Source: an uncultured Enterobacterales bacterium (GTDB lineage Bacteria > Myxococcota_A > UBA796 > CAZKWG01). Taken from it: a stretch of DNA of 40,159 nucleotides. The stretch spans positions 1 through 40,159 of the forward strand of contig CAZKWG010000002.1 in assembly GCA_964556105.1 (NCBI GenBank). Direction: 5' to 3'. Below are positions 18,204-26,276 of this stretch, piece after piece. The position numbers and the translations under genes were made by a program. The notes beneath the pieces are model-generated. The model was not told where the DNA came from, did not search any database, and was given only the letters and a program-made list of their open reading frames with translations. Each line of letters starts with the position of its first letter. Position 1 is the first letter of the stretch.

Positions 18204-20651
18204 ATGCGCGCCTCGCTCTTCCTCTTCGTCCTCCTGGGTCTGCCGGCGTGCGAGTCGCGCGTGGACGGCGTCCCCGCGGTGATGGTCTCCGGTCCCACCA
18301 ACGAGGCGCGGCTGGACGCGGCCCTCGCCCGCGCGCCCTCCATCCGGCTCAGCGTGGCGGCGGCGAAGCAGCTCGAGGAGGGCGGCGCCATCCTGGCGGA
18401 CGCGCCCGCGGCGGTGCTCGGGCTGTCCAAAGACGCCACCATCAAGCCTCTCTTCGAGCAGCCCGAGGTGCGCGCGGCCCTGCTCGCCCGCGACGAGGGC
18501 GCCGCCGCGAAGGCCGTGCTGGCGACGGGGGCGAAGATCGTGGTCGTCCACCGCGCGATCACGCCCAGCCTCGACCGCGGGCGCACCGTGCTCAGCCGGC
18601 TGTACAACCACGACCAGCTCAGCCTGTTCTCGCTGGTGCGCGTCACGGACGGGCTGCTCGTCTACCGCGTGCTCGACCGCCCGCTGGGCTTCCCGCCCAA
18701 CCTCGCCCAGCTCTGCCTGCAGTACCTGCGCTATCGCCTCCAGGGCGGCCCGCTGGTCGAGCTGCCGCAGGTGCAGAGCGAGAACGGGCGCTGGGTGTTC
18801 ATGGCGACCCTGCGTCAGGCCAGCGGCGGGCGCGAGCAGGCCATCGCCTTCGCCCAGGACGGCTCGCTCCAGGCCGCCCTCGAGGAGCTGGCCATCGATC
18901 TGGAGCGCCAGCACCGGCGCGAGGTGGAGCTGTGGGGCTTCCCGAAGCTGCAGGAGGCGATGGCCGACCTGAGCCTGGAGATCCAGCGCGTCGTCGAGCG
19001 CGCTGTCGTCGAGCCCCGCGACGAGGCCACCCTGGAGGACCTCCTGGAGATGGGCATCGACGGCGCCTTCGTGATGACGAAGGACCAGAAGGAGCGCGGC
19101 TATCTGCCCGGCTCGGTCGCCTACACCCGCGCCATCGTCACCGCCGACAACTTCCTGCGCCAGACGGCCGAGCAGGGCGGCATGTCGGAGCGCCGGCCCT
19201 GGCGCGACCCCGACGCCCTCCTGGAGATCCTGCGCACCCTGCACTACCGCGAGGGGAAGGACGGCCAGATCCAGGGGCTGTACCGCGGCGTGCCGCCCGT
19301 CGCGCTCAGCGACGTGACCCTGAGCTCCGTGCGGGCGTCCATCCTCGCCTCCGGAGACTGGTATTTGAAAAACCTGTATCCGGACGGGCGCGTCACCTAC
19401 AAGGTCTGGCCCGCGGAGAACCGGTACTCCGACGAGTACAACCACGTCCGCCACACCCTGGCCACCTGGAACCTGGTCCAGGCCTGGCGCCTCGATCCCC
19501 GCCCCGAGTACCTGGAGGGAGCGAAGCGCGCGCTGGACTGGACCAACCAGAGCCGCAAGGACGAGGGCGACCGCGCCGTCTACGAGTACGGCGGCAACCG
19601 CAAGCTGGGCAGCGCAGTCGTCGGGCTGCTGGGCATCATCGATCTGGCCGAGGCCACCGGCGACCCCCAGTGGGACGATCTCATGGCGCGCCTGGGCCGC
19701 TTCACCATGGCCATGCAGCTGGAGAGCGGCACCTTCAACGGCTACGACGTCCCCGTCGGCCACCCCTACTATGGCCAGCAGAACGACATCGTCCCCGGCG
19801 AGGCCGCGCTGGCGCTGATCCGCCTGGCCGAGCACACCGACGACGACCAGTGGATCGCCGGCCTGCCGAAATTCTGGGCGTACTACAAGCCCTGGTTTCG
19901 GTCGCGGGCGGCGAAGCGCGACCCGAACGTGGCCTGGCCGGCGCTGCAGTACGACAACGCGACCCGCCTGGAGCTGGTGCAGTTCGGCCCCTGGACGGTC
20001 ATGGCCGCCAACGCCTGGCACCGCCGCACCGGGGACCTGGACGCCGCGCGCTTCGGGCTGGAGGTCGCGCGCTGGATGATCGAGAGCTACCAGTGGGACG
20101 AGGAGCGGGCGCCCTACCCCGATTATATCGGTGGATACTACAAGCTCGCCGGCGAGCTGCCCGCCATGCAGGCCTTCTGCTACGCCGAGGGCACCGCCGC
20201 CGCCTACCAGCTCGCGCTGCGCATGGATCCGGAGAGCGCGCCCTTCTTCGAGCGCAAGACGCGCGAGGCCATCCGCTTCGCCCTGAACATGCAGTACGGC
20301 GAGGGCAGCATCTACCCCTTCACCCGCGGCGACGAGGTCAAGGGCGGGATCCGCTACGCCTTGAACGAGACCAAGGTGCGCATCGACTACGTGTATCACG
20401 CGCAGTCGGCCTTGTTCCAGTGGTATGAGGCGGCGGTGAACGACCCGGCGCTGCCCGCCGCGCTCAGGGGAGCGAGCCCGCCCGCCCCGCCGTCCGCGCC
20501 CGCCTCCTCCCTCCTGGAGACCCCGAGCGCAGCTCCGGCCGTGGCCCCCGCGCCGTCCTCGCCCGGCGTCGCCCCCATCGGCGCCCGCCACGGCACCGCG
20601 GGGACGGCGCCGAAGCCCGACGAGGAGCGCGAGGGCGAGGTGGGCGAGTAG
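18204..20651 (+). CDS. Large lipoprotein: AMMECR1-like central region plus C-terminal alpha/alpha-toroid-like domain; function unknown
   Basis: I chose the internal ATG at 18204 because it gives a lipoprotein signal, MRASLFLFVLLGLPAC. GIDGAFVMTKDQKERGYLPGSVA resembles the AMMECR1 core. The C-terminal half has repeated W/Y-rich helical pairs. It ends in a Pro/Ala-rich tail. Confidence 0.65.
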   Translation: MRASLFLFVLLGLPACESRVDGVPAVMVSGPTNEARLDAALARAPSIRLSVAAAKQLEEGGAILADAPAAVLGLSKDATIKPLFEQPEVRAALLARDEGAAAKAVLATGAKIVVVHRAITPSLDRGRTVLSRLYNHDQLSLFSLVRVTDGLLVYRVLDRPLGFPPNLAQLCLQYLRYRLQGGPLVELPQVQSENGRWVFMATLRQASGGREQAIAFAQDGSLQAALEELAIDLERQHRREVELWGFPKLQEAMADLSLEIQRVVERAVVEPRDEATLEDLLEMGIDGAFVMTKDQKERGYLPGSVAYTRAIVTADNFLRQTAEQGGMSERRPWRDPDALLEILRTLHYREGKDGQIQGLYRGVPPVALSDVTLSSVRASILASGDWYLKNLYPDGRVTYKVWPAENRYSDEYNHVRHTLATWNLVQAWRLDPRPEYLEGAKRALDWTNQSRKDEGDRAVYEYGGNRKLGSAVVGLLGIIDLAEATGDPQWDDLMARLGRFTMAMQLESGTFNGYDVPVGHPYYGQQNDIVPGEAALALIRLAEHTDDDQWIAGLPKFWAYYKPWFRSRAAKRDPNVAWPALQYDNATRLELVQFGPWTVMAANAWHRRTGDLDAARFGLEVARWMIESYQWDEERAPYPDYIGGYYKLAGELPAMQAFCYAEGTAAAYQLALRMDPESAPFFERKTREAIRFALNMQYGEGSIYPFTRGDEVKGGIRYALNETKVRIDYVYHAQSALFQWYEAAVNDPALPAALRGASPPAPPSAPASSLLETPSAAPAVAPAPSSPGVAPIGARHGTAGTAPKPDEEREGEVGE

Positions 20652-20718
20652 GGGCTCCCGCGCGGGGGGCGAGCGGGATATCCGCTCTCTCCCGACCCTT
20701 CCGCGCAGGAGCGCTCCC

Positions 20719-21186
20719 ATGTCCGAGGCCCGCTGCTGGCTCGTGAAGACCGAGCCCGAGAGCTACTCCATCGACGATCTGGCCCGCCAGGGCAGCACCG
20801 CCTGGGAGGGCGTGCGCAATTATCAGGCTCGAAACTCGATGCGCGACGACATGAAGCTGGGCGACCCCGTGCTGGTCTACCACTCCAACGCCACGCCGCC
20901 GGGCGTGGTCGGGCTGGCGAAGGTCGCCCGCGAGGCCTACCCGGACAGCACCGCCTTCGACCCCCGCTCGAAGTACTTCGACGAGAAGTCGGACCCTGCC
21001 AACCCGCGCTGGGTGCTGGTCGATCTCGCCTTCGTGGAGAAATTCCCCCGCGTCGTCGCCTTGGACGAGCTGAAGAGCGACCCCAGCCTGCTCGGGATGG
21101 AGGTCACCCGCAAGGGCTCGCGCCTCAGCGTCACCCCGGTCTCCGCGGCGCACTTCGCCCGCGTGCTCGCGCTCGCCCGCGGCTGA
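20719..21186 (+). CDS. EVE (PUA-like, DUF55) domain protein
   Basis: 155 aa. WLVKTEPESYSIDDL...WEGVRNYQARNSMRDDMKLGDPVLVYHS is the classical EVE-domain N-terminus. Confidence 0.85.
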   Translation: MSEARCWLVKTEPESYSIDDLARQGSTAWEGVRNYQARNSMRDDMKLGDPVLVYHSNATPPGVVGLAKVAREAYPDSTAFDPRSKYFDEKSDPANPRWVLVDLAFVEKFPRVVALDELKSDPSLLGMEVTRKGSRLSVTPVSAAHFARVLALARG

Positions 21187-21207
21187 CCCGAGCGGGCGCA
21201 CGGCGCC

Positions 21208-21239
21208 TCCGTGATCCCGTGACGGAGATCCCGTCACGG
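21208..21239. promoter_or_regulatory. Candidate upstream activator sequence 1: TCCGTGATCCCGTGACGGA plus inverted repeat CCGTGACGG-N5-CCGTCACGG
   Basis: The 19-mer at 21208-21226 matches 22476-22494 at 18 of 19 positions. There is a 9-bp-arm inverted repeat at 21217-21225 / 21231-21239. The element is centred about 70 bp upstream of the -24 GG of the porin promoter. Confidence 0.5.
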
Positions 21240-21286
21240 CCTGGGTCTCCTGGGGAGAGATCCGCGTAGACGGCCGATCCTGCTCC

Positions 21287-21301
21287 TGGCACAGGTCTTG
21301 C
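21287..21301 (+). promoter_or_regulatory. Sigma-54 (-24/-12) promoter of the porin gene
   Basis: cTGGCACaggtcTTGCt is a perfect match to TGGCAC-N5-TTGC. It lies 33 nt upstream of the ATG at 21334. Confidence 0.75.
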
Positions 21302-21333
21302 TTTCCCGTGAGTCACCTCACGGAGAAAGAACG

Positions 21334-22470
21334 ATGGTCCTGCCGCTGTACCTCCTCACCGCCCACGCCGCCCTGGCCGCCGACGCCGCTGGCGACAAGC
21401 CGCTTACCCTCGGGCTGAGCTTTCAGCCCCGCCTCACGGCGACCTTGAACGGCGACCCGGACAGCACCGACGCCGACGCCGTCAGCGACGCCGGCCTGCG
21501 CGTCCGCCGCATGCTGGTCACGGCGAGCGGGACGATGGCCGAGCGCGTCGACTACCGCTTCCGCATCGACGCCGCCCGCGCGTTCACCTTCAACGACCTG
21601 GACGGCAAGAGCCAGCAGGCGACGAGGCCCCTGCTGGACGACGCGCAGCTCGTGCTGAAGCTGGCCGACCCGCTGAAGATCTCGGCGGGCCAGTGGAAGG
21701 TGCCGTTCACCGCCTCGCGGATGATGAGCGACACGACCCTGCTCTTCCCCGACCGGCCCCTGCCGCTGGACGGAGCGAAGTACGGCGACCTCAAGCTGAC
21801 GGGCTTCGACTGGTCGCGCGACGCGGGCTTGGCGCTGCTGGGCGATCTTGGCGAGAAGCGGCTGGAGTACGCCCTGGGCGCGTTCGGCGGGGACGGTCAG
21901 AACGTCTGGCCCACCACCGACGAGGCGCCGCTGTGGGTCGCGCGCCTCGCCCTGGCGCCGCTGGGGGAGCTCAAGTACGACGAGGTCGATTTTGTGCGAG
22001 GCGCGCCGAAGCTGGCCGTTGGGCTGGGCGCCACGCTGGAGCGCACCCCTCTCTACGACGAGGCCGAGGCGCTGAGCGGTCATGTCTCCGACCTGCGCGC
22101 CAGCGCCGACCTGCGCTTCGCCGTCGCGGGGCTCTCGCTGAACGCCGAGGCGATCTACGGGCAGCTCGGGGCCGAGGGCGCCGATCCGACCCGCAGCCTG
22201 GGGGCCTACGGGCAGCTCGGCTACTTCCTCCCGGTCGGCCTGGCGCCCGGCCTGCGCTGGGCTCGTCTGGATCCCTCCCTGGACGCCGAGGATGACGGCC
22301 TCACCCACCTGGAGGCCGTGCTGAACGCCTACCTGCCCGACCCGGCGAAGGAGGGCGCCACGCTCGGCCACAAGGCGCAGCTCCAGCTCGCCTGGACCAC
22401 GGCCCTTCAGGACGGGCTCGACCGCCCGCTCTACCACCAGGTCCAGCTCGCGACGGCCGTCGGGTTCTGA
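21334..22470 (+). CDS. Anion-selective outer-membrane porin (OprO/OprP 'phosphate-selective porin O and P' family-like)
   Basis: The ATG at 21334 follows GGAG (21322-21325). The signal peptide is MVLPLYLLTAHAALA. The sequence has a beta-strand alternation pattern, GQWKVPFTASRMMSDTTLLFPDRP resembles the family motif, and the C-terminus ends in an aromatic residue (...TAVGF). Confidence 0.65.
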   Translation: MVLPLYLLTAHAALAADAAGDKPLTLGLSFQPRLTATLNGDPDSTDADAVSDAGLRVRRMLVTASGTMAERVDYRFRIDAARAFTFNDLDGKSQQATRPLLDDAQLVLKLADPLKISAGQWKVPFTASRMMSDTTLLFPDRPLPLDGAKYGDLKLTGFDWSRDAGLALLGDLGEKRLEYALGAFGGDGQNVWPTTDEAPLWVARLALAPLGELKYDEVDFVRGAPKLAVGLGATLERTPLYDEAEALSGHVSDLRASADLRFAVAGLSLNAEAIYGQLGAEGADPTRSLGAYGQLGYFLPVGLAPGLRWARLDPSLDAEDDGLTHLEAVLNAYLPDPAKEGATLGHKAQLQLAWTTALQDGLDRPLYHQVQLATAVGF

Positions 22471-22474
22471 CCGA

Positions 22475-22517
22475 ATCCGTGATCCCGTCACGGAAAATCC
22501 GTGTTCCCGGGTGATCC
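22475..22517. promoter_or_regulatory. Candidate upstream activator sequence 2: TCCGTGA-TCCCG-TCACGGA with flanking ATCCGTG / GTGATCC repeats
   Basis: The 19-mer at 22476-22494 is itself a 7-bp-arm inverted repeat. ATCCGTG recurs at 22475 and 22497. GTGATCC recurs at 22479 and 22511. The element is centred about 80 bp upstream of the -24 GG. Confidence 0.5.
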
Positions 22518-22563
22518 TGCGCCACACGCCAGGAAGAACCTCAGGTTCTGCCGTGCCATGCCC

Positions 22564-22578
22564 TGGCACGCATCTTGC
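22564..22578 (+). promoter_or_regulatory. Sigma-54 (-24/-12) promoter of the sulfate ABC transporter operon
   Basis: cTGGCACgcatcTTGCt is a perfect TGGCAC-N5-TTGC. It lies 37 nt upstream of the ATG at 22615. Confidence 0.75.
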
Positions 22579-22614
22579 TTACTATGCCGCGGCCCCTGCC
22601 GCAAAGGACCCTCC

Positions 22615-23646
22615 ATGCTGCGATTCCTGCTCCCCCTCTTCATCGGCTGCGGCGCGTCCCCGGACGAGCCGGCTGCGCCCGCGACCGCTTCGACCCCCGC
22701 CGCGGTCACCCGCACCCTGACCCTCGCCGCCTACACGACGCCGCGCGAGGCGTACGGCAAGGCGATCCTGCCGGCCTTCGCGCGCCACTGGAAGGAGAAG
22801 ACCGGCGAGGACGTGACCTTCGAGGAGTCCTACCAGGGCTCCGGTGCCCAGGCGCGCGCCGTCAAGGAGGGCTTCGAGGCCGACGTCGTCGCCCTCTCGC
22901 TCGACCCGGACGTGGACGTGCTGGCGAAGGCGGGCCTGATCACCCACGACTGGCGGGCGGCGGGCGCGGGCGGGATGGTCACCCAGTCCATCGCCGTCAT
23001 CGCCGTGCGACCGGGCAACCCGAAGAAGATCCTGGACTGGCCGGACCTGGCGCGGGCGGACGTGGACGTGCTCACGCCCAACGTGCGCACCAGCGGCGGC
23101 GCGATGTGGAACGTCCTGGCGCTCTGGGGGGCCGCCACACGCGGCTTCGCTGGGAACAAAGCGGGGGATGGCGCGGGGGCCGAGAAGCTGCTGGGCGGCG
23201 TCCTCGCGCGGGTCAGCGTCATGGACAAGGGCGCCCGCGAGAGCATCGTGAACTTCGAGAAGGGCGTCGGCGACGCGGCGATCACCTACGAGAACGAGGT
23301 GCTGGTGGCGAAGCAGGAGGGCCAGGCCATGGACTACGTGGTCCCGCCGTCCACCATCCTCATCGAGAACCCCATCGCCGTCGTGGACGTCTACGCGAAA
23401 AAGAAGGGCAACGAGGCGCTGGCGAAGGCCTTCGTGGACTTCTGCCAGGGCCCCGAGGCGCAGAAGGCGTACGCCGAGTACGGCCTGCGCCCGGTTGACC
23501 CCGCCTTCGTCCCGGCCACCCTGCCGAAGCCCACCGATCTGTTCACCATCCGCGACCTGGGCGGCTGGGATACCGTCAAGACGGACGTCTTCGGCGCGGG
23601 CGGCGCCTACGACCGCGCGGCGGGCGACGCGGGCGCACCGCGGTGA
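22615..23646 (+). CDS. cysP: Sulfate/thiosulfate ABC transporter periplasmic binding lipoprotein
   Basis: The internal ATG at 22615 gives lipobox LFIGC. It aligns by eye to E. coli Sbp/CysP blocks: SYQGSGAQARAV..GFEADVVALSL, VRPGNPKKILDWPDL, LTPNVRTSGGAMWNVLALWG. Confidence 0.9.
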   Translation: MLRFLLPLFIGCGASPDEPAAPATASTPAAVTRTLTLAAYTTPREAYGKAILPAFARHWKEKTGEDVTFEESYQGSGAQARAVKEGFEADVVALSLDPDVDVLAKAGLITHDWRAAGAGGMVTQSIAVIAVRPGNPKKILDWPDLARADVDVLTPNVRTSGGAMWNVLALWGAATRGFAGNKAGDGAGAEKLLGGVLARVSVMDKGARESIVNFEKGVGDAAITYENEVLVAKQEGQAMDYVVPPSTILIENPIAVVDVYAKKKGNEALAKAFVDFCQGPEAQKAYAEYGLRPVDPAFVPATLPKPTDLFTIRDLGGWDTVKTDVFGAGGAYDRAAGDAGAPR

Positions 23647-24443
23647 GGGGATCCTGGCTGCTCCGCGGGGCCGTCGCGGCCTGGATCGGGCTCCTCGTGG
23701 GCCTGCCGGCCGTCGTGCTCGTCCTGCGCGGGCTCGAGGGCGGCGTGGACGGGCTGGTCGCCGTCTTCGCCTCGAGCACGGCGCGGGCGGCCCTCTCGCT
23801 CTCCTTGTGGACGGCGCCGCTGGCGGCGCTGGTCAACGGGGTGGCGGGCACGGCGATCGCCTGGGCGCTGGTGCGCTGGGATCTCCCCGGTCGGCGCGCC
23901 CTGGCGGCGCTGGTCGACCTGCCGCTGGCCATCCCGACCCTGGTGGCGGGCATCCTGCTGGTCGCCCTCTTCGGCCCGCAGACGGCGCTGGGCGGCTGGT
24001 TCATCGCCCAGGGTTGGCCCATCGCCTTCGCGAAGCCGGGCATCGTGCTGGCCCTGCTCTTCGTGACCCTGCCCTTCGTCGTGCGCGCGGTGGAGCCGGT
24101 GCTCGAGGAGCTGGACCCGGCCGAGGAGGAGGCCGCCTGGACCCTCGGCGCGGGCCGCGGGATCACCTTCCTGCGCGTGCTCCTGCCGCCCGTGCTGCCG
24201 GCCGTCGCCGCGGGGATGGTCCAGACCTTCGCCCGCTCGGTGGCCGAGTTCGGCTCGCTGGCGGCGGTCTCTGGGAACATCCCGCAGCGCACCCTGGTCA
24301 TGCCGGTGTGGATCCTCGGCGAGGTGGAGGCGGGCAACGTCTCCGGCGCCGCCGCGGCCAGCGTGATCCTGCTGGCCCTCGCCCTGGTCCTGCAGCCCCT
24401 CTCCGCCGGGCTCGCCCGCCGCGCGGGAGCCGGCCGTGGGTAG
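23643..24443 (+). CDS. cysT: Sulfate ABC transporter permease CysT (CysU)
   Basis: 266 aa with 6 TM helices. The EAA-like loop is EEAAWTLGAGRGITFLRVLLP, followed by FARSVAEFGSLAAVSGNIP. The GTG start overlaps the binding-protein stop (GTGA). Confidence 0.9.
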   Translation: MRGSWLLRGAVAAWIGLLVGLPAVVLVLRGLEGGVDGLVAVFASSTARAALSLSLWTAPLAALVNGVAGTAIAWALVRWDLPGRRALAALVDLPLAIPTLVAGILLVALFGPQTALGGWFIAQGWPIAFAKPGIVLALLFVTLPFVVRAVEPVLEELDPAEEEAAWTLGAGRGITFLRVLLPPVLPAVAAGMVQTFARSVAEFGSLAAVSGNIPQRTLVMPVWILGEVEAGNVSGAAAASVILLALALVLQPLSAGLARRAGAGRG

Positions 24444-25242
24444 CCGCCGACGCAGCCCGGATCGCCTCAGCCGCGCCGTGCTCGCGCTCATCGGGCTGTA
24501 CATCGGCCTGCTGCTGCTGGTCCCGCTGGGCGCGCTCGCGCTGGAGGTGCTGCGCAACCTCGGCGAGGTGGTCAGCGAGCTCTCCCGCGAAGAGGCGCTG
24601 AACGCGCTCGGGCTCTCGGCCGCGGTGGCGGCGGCCTGCGTCCTGCTGAACGGCGTCTTCGGGGTGGCGGGCGCCATCGTCCTCACCCGTCACCGCTTCC
24701 TCGGGCGGCGGCTGCTGGACGCGCTCGTCGATCTGCCGCTGGCCCTCTCGCCCGTCATGACCGGCCTGGCCTTCCTCCTGCTCTTCGGTCGCAGCGGGAT
24801 CCTCCGCCCTGTATTGGACGCTGTACAGTTCAAGGTGGCCTTCGCCTGGCCGGGCGTGCTGCTGGCCACGCTCTTCGTGACCCTGCCGTTCACGCTGCGC
24901 GAGGTGGCGCTGGTGCTGGCCGAGCTGGGCGACAGCGAGGAGCAGGCCGCCGCGACCCTCGGCGCCTCGCCGTGGCAGACCTTCTGGCTGGTCACCCTGC
25001 CGAACATCCGCGGCGGCCTCGTGCTGGGCACCACGCTGACCCTGGCGCGCGCGCTCGGCGAGTTCGGCGCCGTGCTCGTCCTCGGCGGGTCGGTGGCCAA
25101 CGACACCCAGACCGCCACCACCTTCATCCACGCCGCCGTCGAGGAGCGTCAGGAGCCCGCCGCCTTCGGCATGGCCCTCATCCTGGCCGCCGCCGCGGTG
25201 GCCCTGCTCTACGTCCTCTCGTCCCGCCGGAGCCCCTCATGA
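24436..25242 (+). CDS. cysW: Sulfate ABC transporter permease CysW
   Basis: 268 aa. It has EEQAAATLGASPWQTFWLVTLPNIR and LARALGEFGAVLVLGGSV. It overlaps cysT by 8 nt. Confidence 0.9.
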   Translation: MGSRRRSPDRLSRAVLALIGLYIGLLLLVPLGALALEVLRNLGEVVSELSREEALNALGLSAAVAAACVLLNGVFGVAGAIVLTRHRFLGRRLLDALVDLPLALSPVMTGLAFLLLFGRSGILRPVLDAVQFKVAFAWPGVLLATLFVTLPFTLREVALVLAELGDSEEQAAATLGASPWQTFWLVTLPNIRGGLVLGTTLTLARALGEFGAVLVLGGSVANDTQTATTFIHAAVEERQEPAAFGMALILAAAAVALLYVLSSRRSPS

Positions 25243-26267
25243 GCATTCGCGTCTCCCAGCTCGTGAAGTCCTTCGGCGCGGTGCGCGTCGTAGACGACGT
25301 CAGCTTCGAGGTCGGCGCCGGAGAGCTGGTCGCCCTGCTCGGACCCTCCGGTGGCGGAAAGAGCACGATCCTGCGCGTGATCGCCGGGCTGGAGACGGCG
25401 GACGCGGGCGAGGTCTGGCTGGACGGCCGCCGCGTGGACGGCCTCGTGGCCCGCGAGCGCGGGGTGGGCTTCGTCTTTCAGCACTACGCCCTCTTCCGCC
25501 ACATGACCGTGAGCCAGAACATCGCGTTCGGGCTGGCCGTTCAGGGCGTCGGCAAGGCGGCGCAGCGCGAGCGCGTCGAGGCGCTGCTGGAGACCATGGG
25601 CCTGCGCGGCCTGGGCGATCGGTACCCCTCCCAGCTCTCCGGCGGTCAACGTCAGCGCGTCGCCCTGGCCCGCGCCCTGGCGCCCAGGCCCGCCCTGCTG
25701 CTCCTCGATGAGCCGTTCGGCGCCGTGGACGCCAAGGTGCGCGAGGAGCTGCGGCGCTGGCTGCGCAAGCTGCACGACGAGGTCCACACCACCTCCATCT
25801 TCGTCACCCACGATCAGGAGGAGGCCTTCGCCATCGCCGACCGCGTGATGATCATCCAGTCCGGTCGGCTGGAGCAGGCCGGGCCGCCGGCGGAGATCCT
25901 CGATCATCCGGCCACCGAGTTCGTCGCGCGCTTCGTGGGTGAGGTCAACGTCCTGGACGGCCTGGTCCGCGAGGGCCGCGCCTGGGTGGGCCCGCTGGCG
26001 GTGCCGGTGGAGGGCTTCGTCGATGGCCGTCGCGTGCGCGTCGTCGTGCGCGCCTACGACTTCCGCTTCTGGAAGGATCCGCTGGGCGTCGCCACGGTGG
26101 AGCGCCTGCTGCCGCTCGGCGACCGGGTGCGCGTCGAGGCGCGGCTCGACCAGGGGGAGCCCCTCTTCGCGCAGTTCCCGCGCCGGTCCTCGCTGCTGGA
26201 CGGCGTCGCCCCCGGCGTGCGCGTCGGCGTGGAGGTCGCCCACGCGCGCGTCTGGCCGGCGCAATAG
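25239..26267 (+). CDS. cysA: Sulfate ABC transporter ATP-binding protein CysA
   Basis: The ATG at 25239 overlaps the cysW stop (ATGA). It has Walker A GPSGGGKST, signature LSGGQRQRVALARAL and Walker B LLLLDEPF, plus a C-terminal TOBE-like regulatory domain. Confidence 0.92.
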   Translation: MSIRVSQLVKSFGAVRVVDDVSFEVGAGELVALLGPSGGGKSTILRVIAGLETADAGEVWLDGRRVDGLVARERGVGFVFQHYALFRHMTVSQNIAFGLAVQGVGKAAQRERVEALLETMGLRGLGDRYPSQLSGGQRQRVALARALAPRPALLLLDEPFGAVDAKVREELRRWLRKLHDEVHTTSIFVTHDQEEAFAIADRVMIIQSGRLEQAGPPAEILDHPATEFVARFVGEVNVLDGLVREGRAWVGPLAVPVEGFVDGRRVRVVVRAYDFRFWKDPLGVATVERLLPLGDRVRVEARLDQGEPLFAQFPRRSSLLDGVAPGVRVGVEVAHARVWPAQ

Positions 26268-26276
26268 GGGGAGGAT

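Noticed and set aside
20719-21186. EVE-domain protein as a possible modified-base reader of a defence system.
   Set aside because: It is a stand-alone 155-aa EVE protein with no fused or adjacent nuclease, methyltransferase or restriction-like partner. Its flanking genes are a lipoprotein and a porin, so it is most simply a housekeeping PUA-like protein.
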